The notes: a model not told the origin generated them from the sequence alone. 62,146 nt of DNA, filler included, from Dugesia japonica (GCA_001938525.1; 6 parts of 6 records of this genome joined end to end with filler, not necessarily neighbours in it); one strand, 5' to 3'. Shown: positions 39,662-53,650, counted from the whole stretch's first letter. A program made the numbers and translations.

Positions 39662-40059
39662 TATCTATAGAAATAATGAAATCATACAGCTACTAAAAAG
39701 GGAAGTAGAAAGATAGTGGCGGGCAACCTCTGCACACATGCGGTACCCCTACCCCCGACGTGATGAGATTATTACATAACTGAGGTTGTATTTTTCTAAT
39801 GAAAATAGGCGGTGGCACACATTTGTGTGCGTAACATAATGTAAATAATCTTGTCGCGATAGAATTACGTAAGAGAGGTTACTTTTTTCCTGTGTATTTA
39901 GTTAGGAAAAATTATTTGCACACAAATTGTGTCATGAGATTAATTTCATCGGTGAAATTTTACGTAATAGGATTAAGAGAGGCTACTTTTTTCCTGTATT
40001 TAGTTGGTAAAATTTTTTATGGGAATTTTTTAAAGAATCCGTGCAAATTGTTCATTTTG

Positions 40060-41223
40060 TTTAAAAAAATGAAAATTTAAAAAAATTTTTAAATCAAACT
40101 TCTATGGGAATCAGAGAAAATATCTGAAATTTCGAAAATTTTTGAAAAAATTTTTTGTCGAGATTTTTTACATCAATCGATAAAGAATTTGATGGAGATT
40201 ATTTTTCACAAATAAAAATTTTTCGAAAAAATTATTTCNNNNNNNNNNNNNNNNNNNNNNNNNNNNNNNNNNNNNNNNNNNNNNNNNNTTTTTCACAAAT
40301 AAAAATTTTTCGAAAAAATTATTTCTCATCTTAAGATAAAATAATCATGGTTATTAGATAGATAATTCTTTGCTGATTCTAAATAAATAAACCTTACATC
40401 GCCAAAATTTATCCGGAATGAAATAAATAGGGTTTTGTGCTGAAAATTCTCAAATTTTGAATCTTCGTGCTCAATTTCTCTTCGTACATAACTCGTAATG
40501 TTTTGAATTTAGTATTATTTTACTCAGGAGGAAAACGTGACTGTACAAAGTTAAAATATCGTCTCGCGAAAAATTCTTCCTAACGAAGATATTCAGGTGT
40601 CCTCTCGGATTTGGTAACTTTTTTCGAAAATTTAATATGTATCTCAAAATTGGTATCTATTAGATAGAGAATCTTTTACTGATTCCAAATATGTAAACTT
40701 TAAATCGTTACATTTTATAGATAAAAAGTAATATAGAAAAACATGTACTTCATTTGTGGGAGTCCGGAAGGGAATTATGAAATTGTGAAATAGTAACTCG
40801 AATTTGAACATCAAAGTATCTATTCGATAGGGACTTTTATTTGGAGTAGGAAAGACATGGTTACAAATCATTAAATCTTGTCTGGGACTAAAGAAAATGG
40901 GATAAACCTAAGATTTTTTGACAATTTTTGAAATCTTTTTCTTCTCAAATTGTGACAAAACATACATTATTCGATAGAGAATTCTTTACTTATCAAGGAA
41001 AACATCACTTAAAATCACCAAACTTAATTTTTACAAAGTAAATTCGAAAAAACATAGTCAAAAATCACGATTACGCTAAATCGAAACAAATAAAAAGTTA
41101 TTTTTTACAATTTTCATCCAAATTTAATGATCCAATTATTATCAGATAAAGAATTTTTTACTGATCAAGAATATATACGGTAGAAATTTGTCAAATTAAA
41201 TTACTTTGAAAAAAGTTAAAATT
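40060..41223. repeat. Dispersed AT-rich repeat with internal subrepeats; related copies at about 9720-9796 and 14690-14890
   Basis: ACTAAAGAAAATGGGATAAACC..TTCTTCTCAAAT is shared with 9723-9796; ATAGA(G/T)AA..CTGATTC recurs. Confidence 0.65.
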
Positions 41224-41819
41224 NNNNNNNNNNNNNNNNNNNNNNNNNNNNNNNNNNNNNNNNNNNNTTAATTAATTAANNNNNNNNNNNNNNNNNNNNN
41301 NNNNNNNNNNNNNNNNNNNNNNNAACAAAATTAGTGACTATATCATTGAACAGATAAATATTAATTATTGTTTTCAAACAGCAAATTGATATTTTACTAG
41401 ATTCCTTATCAAAACAAAAAGTAATAAAATATTTTATTAAACTGTTTTAAAAAAAAATAAATAANNNNNNNNNNNNNNNNNNNNNNNNNNNNNNNNNNNN
41501 NNNNNNNNNNNNNNNNNNNNNNNNNNNNNNNNNNNNNNNNNNNNNNNNNNNNNNNNNNNNNNNNNNNNNNNNNNNNNNNNNNNNNNNNNNNNNNNTCAAA
41601 AATTAAAATATAAATTCAAAATTATAATTCAAAAAAAAATTTTAAAATAAAAAATTACTTTTTTACTATAATATTTGAATTATATTTAAATGTTTCAAAA
41701 AGTAAATTTTTAATATAATATAACATAATATATATAAAACTTTACGTCTCTCATATATGTATATCTATGAATCACTCTTACAAGTACTACCATAGTTATT
41801 ATTATTATCATTATTATTG

Positions 41820-41980
41820 TTGTTTTACAATTGCAATAATTATGAGAATAATTGTTGGACGTAACTATTGATCGTTTTTAAGAATTCATTTAAAATAAAA
41901 GCTTCCATCAAAATTAGATTTTTGGTTTTTTGAGATTAATTCAATATTTCGATTTTGTCTTCGTCAGGAATTGACTTTTT
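41820..41980 (-). repeat. Hammerhead-containing dispersed repeat (Penelope pLTR-like); core at 41938-41972
   Basis: Closely similar to 53310-53460, 46130-46220, 53560-53650 and 61255-61360. Confidence 0.75.
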
Positions 41981-42469
41981 TATTATTATGATTTTTATTA
42001 TTATTATTGAGTGGTTTAAAAGCAAGTTTAAATTTTAGTGCTTTCATCATAAACGGTTTTCTAAATCTTTTTATAAAAAAATAAAAATCGCAAATTAATT
42101 AAAAAGCTAAAATAATTATTTTGAATGGAAGTTTGATCTAAAATTTTGCAACTGAAATTATTTTTTAAAAATCTTCAAATTATTTTTGAATGAATCTGAA
42201 ATTTTAAATCTTTTAGAAAATAGTTTTCAATCATAGCATGAGGTTTTAATTTTTTTTAATTAAACAAATAATGATGTTTAGTTTTCATTTTGAAATAAAT
42301 TTTATGGAGTTGGATTTTGATGTTGATAATCTGAGTTCTCAAAACTCAACTAACAATTATTACTATTATTATTATTAATAATATTGTTATTATTATTAAA
42401 AAATAAGTAACGCCATTTAAAATAAATTTTTATTGTTATTTATTTCGACGAATTAACATCACGAATGAG

Positions 42470-43080
42470 AAACAACAGTAAAGATTAGTCTCTTGATTGC
42501 TAGATAAAAATTGTTTGGAGGAATATGCAAAGACGTTGAAAAAAGTTGACGGTTTTCAAGCTCGTTTATGTATGACATTTGAGAGTACATGCGATTGAAG
42601 ATAAAGATGTCAGTACAAACGATGGATATGAGGAAGTATATCAAAGTTACTACGAAAGTCAGTATCCAAAGGGCAGGGCTCCGCCAGTAGAGGAAAAGAA
42701 AAGACATAACAATAGGTTTTGATTTCACACAACTGAATGCAGTAACGAAAAGACATGCCTTTGCGATGCCTAATATCGATGAAGTGCTGGACAAGTTAAA
42801 TAGAGCCAAATATTTCAGTTCAATATATTTGAGAAATGCATACTATCAGGTATAGGTCGAAGAATAATCTCAAGAAAAAACGGCGTTTTCAACGAAGCAT
42901 GGACAATACTGTTTTAATTGAATGCGTTTGGTATCGCAGCGGCATCATGGACATTTCAGGAGGTGAAGACAAAAGTGGTTTGCGAAATCAAAGGAGTCAT
43001 GGTTTATCTTGAGGACATTCTGATATTTACGAACAATAAAGAACAACCCTATGAAGTCATTGAAAAAGTATTGATAGAAA
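42470..43080 (+). pseudogene. Ty3/Gypsy reverse transcriptase remnant
   Basis: DFTQLNAVTKRHAFAMPNIDEVL, LRNAYYQV, EKTAFST, VYLEDILIF (YLDD variant). Confidence 0.85.
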
Positions 43081-43535
43081 TTATAAGATAATTTTTTAAA
43101 ATAACAGATCTTAAATTTTTTATCTTTCAAAACGGAATTTAGTAAAATCAAAAGTATATTTAAAATTTTATCAAGAAAAAAAACTATAAAATAAATTACT
43201 AAAATTTAAGGATTTTGTAAAATATAAAATAAAATGAATAAAATATTTTTATTGTGATGCATTTTTTAAAATCAAATATATTTTAAAAAGAATAAAATAT
43301 AAAATGAAATGAATAAAAGATGTTATTTAATATATTTTTTAAAATCAAATATAATTTAAATATAAAAAAATATAAAATTAAAAATTTTGATATTTTCCGT
43401 TTTGAATATGAATTTTTAAATTTGTTTGTTTAAATGATATAGTAATGATGTTTTAGTTTTTTATATTAATAAATCGTTGTAATGAATTCGAATTATGATG
43501 CTAATGATTCGAGGAGTTTTCAAAACCCAACTAAC

Positions 43536-44100
43536 ATGGTGGCAGCGTTAAACACCGATGCAATCACAGAAATATCGTTGACAAAAATATTTTGCAGAGG
43601 CGATGATTAAGGGAAGTTTATCAAATGGTGTGAAATATACTCTGGGGCAAAGAACATCGTTGTTAAGAAAGATCAGGAACGTTTGGTAACATGTATGCTT
43701 CATGAAGATTNAATGGAAGCATATGTGAAGACATTAAAGAAAGCGGATGGATATCGAGAGAGATTGCCATTAGCTTTTGAGAGCAAGAGAGACATAATAA
43801 AAGGTTTACAGAATCTTGTAAGCTATCAAAGTGGTGATGAAGAACTTGAGGTCTTTTTTAAAAACGTGGAAGATTTGGTGGATAAATATTTAGCAAATGG
43901 AGAGCTGACGAAAGAAAGACTCTTATCAAAAATGCTAATTATTTGTTCAAATTGTAGAAAAGCAGAAGAAGTTATCATGCAAAAATTGGAGAAAGTAGAA
44001 GACATAAAAGAAACGTTATCTTTGGTTAAAAAATAGAAAGAAGAGAATCTATTAACGTAGTAAAGAGTTACGCTGGTGTAACACACGGAGAACGTATCGG
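43536..44100 (+). pseudogene. gag: Gypsy gag N-terminal remnant
   Basis: Homologous to 19812-20400; follows an LTR-like end and a PBS. Confidence 0.7.
43537..43547 (+). promoter_or_regulatory. Primer-binding site, tRNA-Leu type
   Basis: TGGTGGCAGCG immediately follows ..CTAACA and is complementary to the 3' end of tRNA-Leu (CGCTGCCA-CCA). Confidence 0.65.
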
Positions 44101-44954
44101 AGAAAATATTTATTAACAAAGCTATTAGCAATCCTTTGTGAAATACAAATAATTTTCAATAAAGGAAAATCCTTAGCAGCTTTCAGAATCGAATTCTTAA
44201 ACTTTTTAAAACCTTCAAAATAAAATATCGATAAAACAAATGGTCCAATACAGTTTGATAAAGTGTTACCAGGTTAAGGATTATTCAATACAGTTTCAGT
44301 NNNNNNNNNNNNNNNNNNNNNNNNNNNNNNNNNNNNNNNNNNNNNNNNNNNNNAAGTCAATAAATTTAAACCATACAAATGTTGCACCAAATAGTTTTTG
44401 TGACCCTGATTATAAAAGAAACATGATTCGTTCTTGATCATTGTCCTCAACTTATTCAAAATCTAATAAAAGTAGTGATCATTTTTTAAAGTTACTGCAA
44501 GCAAATGAATATAGTAAACAGTTTTTAAATTCATTAACAGTAAAAAACAGAATATGGTGTTTATCAAAAATTCTCCAAGATATTCATCATCAATGAATTA
44601 CTACAACATGCCTAATTACAATATAAACATAATTACTTTTTCTTTTTACCTTTGTCATTATGACTCCACTTATATATTATAATCCGATACTACCTACCAT
44701 GCACACATACAAANNNNNNNNNNNNNNNNNNNNNNNNNNNNNNNNNNNNNNNNNNNNNNNNNNNNNNNNNNNNNNNNNNNNNGGAATCTGATTATTTATA
44801 ATACATAATAAATAATATTGATATATACTTATAATGGAATAAATTAAAAATAATTATATTCTGCCTTAATAATGAAAATATTTTCCCATAATTATTGAAT
44901 TTCAATTATTAAAACAAATAAAGAAATTTTTATTTTTAATAAACAGTTTATTTT

Positions 44955-45908
44955 TCAAATAGTTACATCATTTGAAATTGAAATAATTTTCTCATTTTCC
45001 CATAAAAATCTATTAATAATTTGTCGGCGAAATCGTTTAAATAATATGAAATAAGAAATTGGTGTTATGATTGTTAATAAAGAATATAGATCATACCAAA
45101 AATATGGTAAACATTGCAAACCAACTAATGTCACATTTATTGAAACAAGTAGATTTCTAATTAAATCAATTAATAAAACAACAGCATAAAATACAGTTGA
45201 AAAAAATGTGGTTATAGAAAATTTATAGAAAAGCAAATTTCGTCGATGAATTATCGATTTATTTCGTAGCAACATTTTATTTTTAGAATTTTTCAACAGA
45301 TTTCTTGCCGAAAATATATTAAAAATAAAAAGACAAGTAATTGGTATTGCAAAATAGAAAGTATTGTAAAACACACTTGTAATTAATGTTAGCTGGTAGG
45401 AACATGTAAACGTTTCTGTATTGTTAATTTTAATTATTTTCACATCAAAAAATTCATAAAATGTTCCCATAAATCCGGATAAAATACTTACTGAAATCAC
45501 TAATTTAATAACTTTACTTTTCGTAAAACGTTTATATAACATTGGAAAAACAATACAATAAAACTGGTCAAATGATAATAATATTATCATATAAATATTC
45601 ATCGATATCAAACACCAAAATGCAATCATTGTATCCCAAAAAAAACAATAAAATCTAGCAAAATCTACATCAATTGTTGATAATGATGGATCTTCTTTGA
45701 AATAATACAAGAAATATATTGGTAAAATTATAACTGCCATTATCGTTCTGGTTTTCATCAACAACATTGGATTGAAAGATAGGATTCTGTGTTTGATTAG
45801 AAATCTCAGAAATTCTAAATTGATTAAAAAATAAAAAACAATAAGTAAACTTCGAAATCCAAATAAAAAAAAGTTGTCATAACAATCTTTATTCAAAAAG
45901 AATTTCAT
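44955..45908 (-). CDS. Intronless divergent rhodopsin-like (class A) 7TM GPCR
   Basis: 317 aa with multiple hydrophobic segments; TM3 LSFDQFYCIVFP (DRY variant), ECL2 Cys, TM5 YFAIP, TM7 TPISYFILFKRFR (NPxxY and helix 8 variant). Confidence 0.8.
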   Translation of the reverse strand: MKFFLNKDCYDNFFLFGFRSLLIVFYFLINLEFLRFLIKHRILSFNPMLLMKTRTIMAVIILPIYFLYYFKEDPSLSTIDVDFARFYCFFWDTMIAFWCLISMNIYMIILLSFDQFYCIVFPMLYKRFTKSKVIKLVISVSILSGFMGTFYEFFDVKIIKINNTETFTCSYQLTLITSVFYNTFYFAIPITCLFIFNIFSARNLLKNSKNKMLLRNKSIIHRRNLLFYKFSITTFFSTVFYAVVLLIDLIRNLLVSINVTLVGLQCLPYFWYDLYSLLTIITPISYFILFKRFRRQIINRFLWENEKIISISNDVTI

Positions 45909-46179
45909 CGAACCGTTTAATACATTTATTCAATATGGCAAATTGTATTTTGTATTTATAAATTATTTTCTTTTATAATCATTGGCCGGTTAAATACTAG
46001 AATAATTGAATACAATTCTTTTCAAAAGCAATTCTATTTGTTAATTAAAACAAAAAAAATGAATGAAAAAAATATTGTTTTTAATTTAAATTAGTTTTTC
46101 AATATACAATAGTTTTTTTCAAAATTTTAATTCATTAAAATAAAAGAGCCGATCAAAATTTTTTTTTGTTTTTGATAAT

Positions 46180-46214
46180 AATTCTATATTTCGACTTTGT
46201 CTTCTTCAGGAATT
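46180..46214 (-). ncRNA. Minimal hammerhead ribozyme motif with intact core
   Basis: Reverse complement is AATTC-CTGAAGA-A-GAC.AAA.GTC-GAAA-TAT-A-GAATT. Confidence 0.7.
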
Positions 46215-46350
46215 GACTTTTCAGGAATATTTGAATAAGACTATTATGTAGAGAATAGCCTTTTTTAATTTCTAGTTTCTTTTCGATACTTAAAAATGTA
46301 TTCCTTTATTCTAGTTTCTTCTATTTACTTTTGTCTATATAATTTGTTAC

Positions 46351-46415
<65 letters not shown>

Positions 46416-46465
46416 NNNNNNNNNNNNNNNNNNNNNNNNNNNNNNNNNNNNNNNNNNNNNNNNNN

Positions 46466-46528
<63 letters not shown>
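46351..46528. repeat. (TTA)n microsatellite
   Basis: Directly visible; contains an N gap. Confidence 0.95.
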
Positions 46529-46530
<2 letters not shown>

Positions 46531-46989
46531 TTTATTTGTGAGAAGAAAATTTTATAGATCCCAAGAGAGTCACCAAAAAAATGTTTACTGACACTTGGGT
46601 TGTATAATGTGCTAAAAACTTTATTTCTTATACATTGAATAAAAATATAAAAATAAAATAAATGAAACTTTTTTAACAAATTTTATTTAACAGAAAATTT
46701 AAATAATTTCTGTTTTGTTTTTTGGAAGTTTACGGGAACCAGCGTTTCCAATCCATAGATGATTGCCGTAATGCAAACACAACTATTATTAAATCAAAAT
46801 TTTTCCAAGTTCTTCAAGTATCTGATCGTCGTTCTTTCGTCTACTTTAAGTTTGGCCTATTTGGTAGTTGCATTAGTTCTTGCTGTTTTTTAATAATGAG
46901 AAAAAATGTAAATAAAACCTCCAAATACATTTATTTTTACATAATAACTCAATCATTGCTAACAACATTTTCCGACCTTTCTGGCAACA

Positions 46990-48133
46990 AATGAACTCAA
47001 CGATAAAAGAAATTTTCTTCCTTGAAATTTACCCAATAGTCAAGCTATTTCTGGAAATCTTAATGATTGTTGAATTGCTGTTAACAAAAGCTATGTTGCA
47101 TTTAGTGAATAAGGTCGTAATCACTTGGTGCGATGTCTGGTGAGTATGGTGGTTAAGTTAAAATTTTCCATCCGAATTCTACTATCGTATTCCTAACTAA
47201 AATCGCAGTGTGGGGTCGAGCATTATCATGCTGTAACAACACCGTCTCATGTCTATTGGAGTAGTCTGGCCGTTTTTTGTTCATTACTTGCTTTAATTTT
47301 ATTAATTGTTGTTGATAATGCTGATCATCAATCGTTTTACGTTTGTTCAGAACCTACAAAATAAATAATCTCCCATTGATTCCGAAAAATGGATAACATC
47401 ACCTTTTTTCATGCAAGTCTTGTTTTGGTGTTTATTTTCCGGGTTGACCAGGCTTCATCTATGATTTTCTTAGTTTTGGATTTTCATAAGAAATCCATTT
47501 TTCAACACAAATAACAATGCTATGTTAAAAAGACTTTTTCCTTTGTCTACTGTGCAGCGTCTGACAAATGTCTAATCGTTTGCTTCTTTCAATTGATGAG
47601 GCAATCATTTGCCGATTTTCTGTTTGTATTTAATGACTTTAATCGTCTGTTTATGGTAGATCTATTTACATTAATAATTTTTGACATTGTTGCAATTGTT
47701 TTGTTTCGATCTTTGATCTACACCTTTTCCAAGTCTTCATCGGAAAAGTTCTTTGGTTGACCTGGACGTTGTTTATCCTGCAAATCAAAGTCACCCATTT
47801 TGAATTGCCGAAAACATTCTCGGCCACATGTTTTAAACAGAGCATAGTTGCATAAGCTTCTGAAGACATCATATGACTTTCTGAAGCACTTCTTTTGAGA
47901 TGAAAACAAAAAAGTAACGCCTCCTCCAAAATTTGCGTTTTTGGAATAAAACTAGTCATATTAAATGGATCGGTTTTCGTTTGCTGTACAACTTAACTAA
48001 ATAATATACCATTATTTTAACATTTAAATATTAATAAATAACAAATCTTACCGATTGATTTAAATTATCGCTGAAATATTTAAAAAGTTAGTTAATTAAA
48101 ACAAAGCAGTGAGAATTAATGCAACTACCTAAT
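46990..48133 (-). mobile_element. mariner transposon, decayed, near full length
   Basis: LLFCFHLK, FKMGDFDLQDKQRPGQP, LQHDNARPH, PPYSPDIAPSDY; end TA-TTAGGTAGTTGCATTAATTC. Confidence 0.88.
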
Positions 48134-48549
48134 AGAATTAACTTAGATTTGAATTTCCAATTTATTTAAATTCGTTTTTCAATTTAGTTTTCTTAGACTT
48201 AAATAATACTCTAAATTGAATCAGATTTGAATTTGTATTAAATTTAGATTTCTTTTCTAGGTTATAATTTAACTTGTCAAATTCTCTTTCAAATCAGTTT
48301 TTATTTTTAAACTTTTACAATTTTCTTTCTGGCGTTTGCTAGGATTCAATTTTTATAATAGAAATTATAAATTGACAATTTGTGAATTTGTGAATAAATT
48401 ATTAAAATTTTCTATTAATCTTGATATTAATAATAATAATACACATAAGTATATACTTACACTCATGCGTGTATGAATATACTTCAACAAATTAAATTTT
48501 TGATTAAAATAATAATAAAATAAAAAAAGCATAACATTAATCTCCCCTT

Positions 48550-48880
48550 TGTTTAATTAATTTGTTAATTTAATTAATAATTTGTTTAATTAATTAATTA
48601 TTTGNNNNNNNNNNNNNNNNNNNNNNNNNNNNNNNNNNNNNNNNNNNNNNNNNNNNNNNNNNNNNNNNNNNNNNNNNNNNNNNNNNNNNNNNNNNNNNNN
48701 NNNNNNNNNNNNNNNNNNNNNNNNNNNNNNNNNNNNNNNNNNNNNNNNNNNNNNNNTTTATTAGTTTAATTAATTAATTATTTGTTTAATTAATTAATTA
48801 TTTGTTTAATTAATAATTTATTTGTTTAATTAATTAATTATTTGTTTAATTAATTATTTATTAGTTTAATTCATTAGTTA
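48550..48880. repeat. Minisatellite with a unit of about 20 bp (TTTGTTTAATTAATTAATTA)
   Basis: Directly visible. Confidence 0.9.
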
Positions 48881-51800
48881 TATAATTAATTTATAATTTA
48901 CTAATAAATATCGTATTAAACTGAATTTCGTTAAAGTAACTATAATAGTTAAATTGAAGTTTTATTATAATAATACTGAGCTCAGAAGATTTTAATATAC
49001 AATGATATACATTTTTTAAAGGTTTTAAATCTAATTTGGTAAGTTTTTACATTTATTTAGAATTCTTTTTAATTTTTTTAAATAAAATTTATTTTAAATA
49101 CCTTTAAAAGTTATTAAATTAAAATCTTTGTGATTTATTTAAATTGTCATAATCGTTCCTTTCCAGAGTCGTAATTAAAAAACTGTTCAAAAAAACTCTT
49201 AAGTATAAATTCCAAATTTTGATTATAGGTTCTAAAAATGTGCTTCGCGTTGAACAATGTTTAGTTGTACGTTCTTGGAAATATAAAATCCCAAAGATTT
49301 GTAGAATTTTAATTATTAATCATGGTTATGAAGTCATTTATGTTTTTAATTGGGCGCCAATTATAGGTGGCCGCATTAGTCCTCATACACATTAACGCTG
49401 GTCCTGGGTTCAAGTATGATTTGTCCAAATTAATTCACATTGTAAATAAATTATGACAAATTAGAATTTTATAGCTTTTTTAAACAAAAGAAAAATAATT
49501 TTATCTTCGAAATTTTTTACGTTTAATATTTCATTTTCAAACTTGCCAAAAAACTTCCTCTTTTACAATTATATTGTCACAATTGTCAAAATTTTAATTA
49601 ACACATTAATTAAAATTCGTTTTTTTATTTAATGAAAATAATATTAATAATTAACATAAAATTATTTATCATTTTTTTATATCTAGAATTTTTAAAAAAT
49701 CCTTTAAATAATTTACTTTTGACTTTTAAATAAATAAATATTTTAGAAACTTTTCTTGGAATTTCAGCAAAATAATTTACGAAATTCAATTGAACAGAAA
49801 TTATTTATAAAAATGTTTCAAGCTTAAATATTGTTATTATTATTGTTGTTTGGCAAGTATTTTTTTTATTTTTTTTTATTTGGAATTGTTCTGAAATATT
49901 ATTTTAAAAGCATTAAGCAAACTCAGTAAAATATGTTTTAAAAAATATTTATTGTAATGGCTAATTAAAACAAATGAATTTTGTTTGTATTTATTTTTAT
50001 TTTAAGGAATAAACTTTTTATTGTTTACTTCTGCCAAAAAACAAAAATATAAAAAATCAATTGAAGAAAGTCTTGCCAAATAAAAAAATGTTTTAAATTT
50101 AATTCATATTTAATTCATATTTTTATGGATAATATTTATTTGTTTCGAATTAATGAATTTGGAATTTATCTTCAATATAAAAAAAATTATTTTCATTTTT
50201 ACTTAGTGAAATATATCTATGCAATTGCATTAAAAATCCATGCAAAAAATATAAATAAAAGTTAAAGTTAATTATTTTANNNNNNNNNNNNNNNNNNNNN
50301 NNNNNNNNNNNNNNNNNNNNNNNTTAATTAATTAANNNNNNNNNNNNNNNNNNNNNNNNNNNNNNNNNNNNNNNNNNNNATAATAATAATAATAATCAAT
50401 AATAATAATAATAATCAATAATAATAATAATATCAATAATAATTATTATAATAAAAATATAATAATATATTTTCCGAAGGTTCGGAAAAAATTTTCCAAC
50501 AATTTTTTAGTTGTTGGATGAAAATTTTGTTAATATTAATCAATCACAATTCTATTTGATAAAATATTTTTTTATTTGAAAAATCAATTTTTTATTTTAT
50601 AAAAAAAATTATTTATTTATTATTATTTATAAAATTATTTATAAAATTGATTTTTCAAATAAAAATATTTTATTTTTTAAAATAAATTGATTTTTAAAAT
50701 AAAAAAATTATTTTATTAAATAAAAAACAAATAATATTTTTATTTGAAAAATCAATTTTTCATTAAACAAAATAAATTATTTTTTTTATTAAAATATTTT
50801 TTAAATTTATTAAAATAATTTTTTTTATTTGAAAAATCAATTTATAATTTTAAACAAAAAAATAATTTTTTTATTAAAAATATTTTTATTAAATAAAATA
50901 ATTTTTTTATTTGAATAAATAAATATTCTAAAGCAATCTTGATTGTCTCTGTTGTCAATCTGGCCAGCCCACATTGAATTCTTTATGTATTTGATAGGAA
51001 CAATGGTAAAACTTCCAACATTGTCTCACTTACAAACGATTTCATGTCGAATCTTGCTGCAGAATATGGCAAACACGTTACTGATGAGTTGATTGTTTCT
51101 TTCCNAATTGAGAAACACAGCTGAATAATTACGATTGTAACCATTTTGTTTGCAGCTATCCTCTGAATATTCGATAGATAAACGAGTTTGTACGCGATCG
51201 AACTATCAAGAATCCTCACTCGTTCTTCTTCTAATCTCAATTGAGTCTTCTATCTAGCATGTATTCGATCACAGAGCTCTTGTTATCTGTTATCACACTC
51301 AATAATTCTTTGACTGAGCCTCATTTCANNNNNNNNNNNNNNNNNNNNNNNNNNNNNNNNNNNNNNNNNNNNNNNNNNTATTCTAAAGCAATCTTGATTG
51401 TCTCTGTTGTCAATCTGGCCAGCCCACATTGAATTCTTTATGTATTTGATAGGAACAATGGTAAAACTTCCAACATTGTCTCACTTACAAACGATTTCAT
51501 GTCGAATCTTGCTGCAGAATATGGCAAACACGTTACTGATGAGTTGATTGTTTCTTTCCNNNNNNNNNNNNNNNNNNNNNNNNNNNNNNNNNNNNNNNNN
51601 NNNNNNNNNNNNNNNNNNNNNNNNNNNNNNNNNNNNNNNNNNNNNNNNNNNNNNNNNNNNNNNNNNNNNNNNNNNNNNNNNNNNNNNNNNNNNNNNNNNN
51701 NNNNNNNNNNNNNNNNNNNNNNNNNNNNNNNNNNNCAGAGCTCTTGTTATCTGTTATCACACTCAATAATTCTTTGACTGAGCCTCATTTCAACATGGCA

Positions 51801-52109
51801 AATTAATTAATTAATAACAAATCTTCTGCAAGAACAACAAATTTTGAGTTTTCTTATAAAACAACTTTACAAATAGAAACGCGTTTATTAGCAATTAATT
51901 TAATTTAATTTCAATCAATCCACTAATTGATTTAATTCCAATCAATATTATTAATATTACAAGTTTTTATTGAAATATATTTATCTAATTTTAATGAAAA
52001 ATGTCTACAAATCCGTAAAGTAATAGAAAATTTTGTTTATTTGTCTATCAAATTCGAATAGCTTTATAAATGAGAATTATGAAATCATGTATTTCTGAAT
52101 GATTTAAAG

Positions 52110-52428
52110 ATAAAATTAACCTAAAATCAGGATTATCTGATGGCATACCCACAGATTGGGGTGTAAGATATTCCATAACCCAATCTGGATTCCTTGTTTG
52201 ACGATTATATGAAACTACAAATCGATTGTAAATTTTCAAATCACTTTTACTGGGATAATTATAATTAGGAATTGGAAATAAAGCTGGCGAACTATTATTC
52301 ATCAATGTGACTGCATTTGCCTTCAGTAAATCTGGGCATGTTAAATATTCTTTTACTGCCAAACTAGAAATACTACCAAATAAAAATGCTGAAGCAGTTA
52401 AATAAATCTAATAAAATAAAGTTGACAT
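52110..52428 (-). pseudogene. Endonuclease G-like (DNA/RNA non-specific nuclease) N-terminal fragment
   Basis: FVVSYNRQTRNPDWVMEYLT matches the EndoG N-terminal motif. There is an early TAG after the ATG at 52428 and no DRGH catalytic motif nearby. Confidence 0.65.
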
Positions 52429-52744
52429 ATTATATAAAAAATTAATAAATTTACTTTTCGCATTTTTTAAATTTGTTAACTCAACAAAATCAATAATTTC
52501 TATTATATAAAATTAAATTTTTTTTGATTTTGATTTTGAACAGATTATTAACCATTATTAAAACAAGCGTTAAATTTTACTTTGTTTATTGGTTACAATA
52601 ATTTTAGTTTTAAAAATATTAAATGAGAAACTTTTTTATTTCAATATTATTTTATTGGAGAAATCATATTTGTGGTATTCTTTTTCATTTAATATAGTCA
52701 ATTGAAAAATAAAACTTGATTCCATAATTTCCAAACACATTAAT

Positions 52745-53270
52745 GTTATTTTTTTACTCTATTCAATATGAATCATTGTATTTTTCATTTCAGATACTGT
52801 GATTCGAACTTTATATAACAAAATGTTATTTATTAGAGTCCAACGCTTTTTACAAACATCAAAATCTACATTTTCTGGTGTTGCAAAAATACTCGAAAAC
52901 TCAACACCTTTACCGCCGTGCTTATATATTTCCCAGTTAAATCTGCTTCTAACAAACATGTCACCTGCTTCTCTTGTCTATTCTGAAAATAAATTTCTCC
53001 TGTCAAAATGTTAATAAATAAAAATCAAATAAGTCAGAAAATTTATTTACCCAATTTGAAACATATCCGTTCTTCGATAATCATAATATTTAAATAAAAT
53101 TCCAATCATTTTTAAATAACACACCCCCATGATCTCAAGATTAGTCAAGTTCACAAAATGCAAAAGAACTGGTATTGTTTGCTCGCTTTGTTCTCTATCT
53201 GAATTTAATCTTATACTAACAAAATTCCCATTATCATTCGTTTGACTTGTTCTTAATATACCATGATTGT
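52745..53270 (-). CDS. Possible exons of an unidentified host gene or pseudogene
   Basis: Two open coding-like stretches separated by a short intron-like segment starting GTAAAT; no domain recognised. Confidence 0.25.
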
Positions 53271-53309
53271 TATTGATTTTAATAGTAAAAATAATTAGAG
53301 ATAGTACAG

Positions 53310-53650
53310 TTTTTTACAACTGCAATTATTACGAGAATAATTGTTGGACGTAACCATTGATCGATTTTTAGAATTCATTTAAAATAAAAGCTTCTATCAA
53401 TTTTTATTGTTTTTTGAGATTAATTCGATATTTTGACTTTGTCTTCGTCAGGAATTGGATTCATATATATATTTAAAATTTTTATATAATTTTTAAATAT
53501 ATAATATATAATAAAAATATAATTTTTATATATTTAATTAATATATAATAAATGATTATAAAAAGTCGATTCCTGACGAAGAGAAACTCGAGATAGCAGA
53601 TCAATCTCAAAAAACAAAAAAAATTTGATTGAAACTTTTATTTTAAATGA
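53310..53650. repeat. Inverted pair of hammerhead-containing repeats (cores 53422-53456 minus, 53568-53602 plus)
   Basis: The two arms are reverse complements around an AT-rich spacer; both GAAA cores are mutated. Confidence 0.75.

Noticed and set aside
50925-51800. Perfect direct repeat of about 340 bp resembling LTRs
   Set aside because: Identical copies abut N gaps and are most likely an assembly duplication. No PBS, PPT or TSD was found.
52110-52428. Apoptosis gene cluster linking EndoG with the Bcl-2-like domain
   Set aside because: They lie on different segments joined by artificial spacers.
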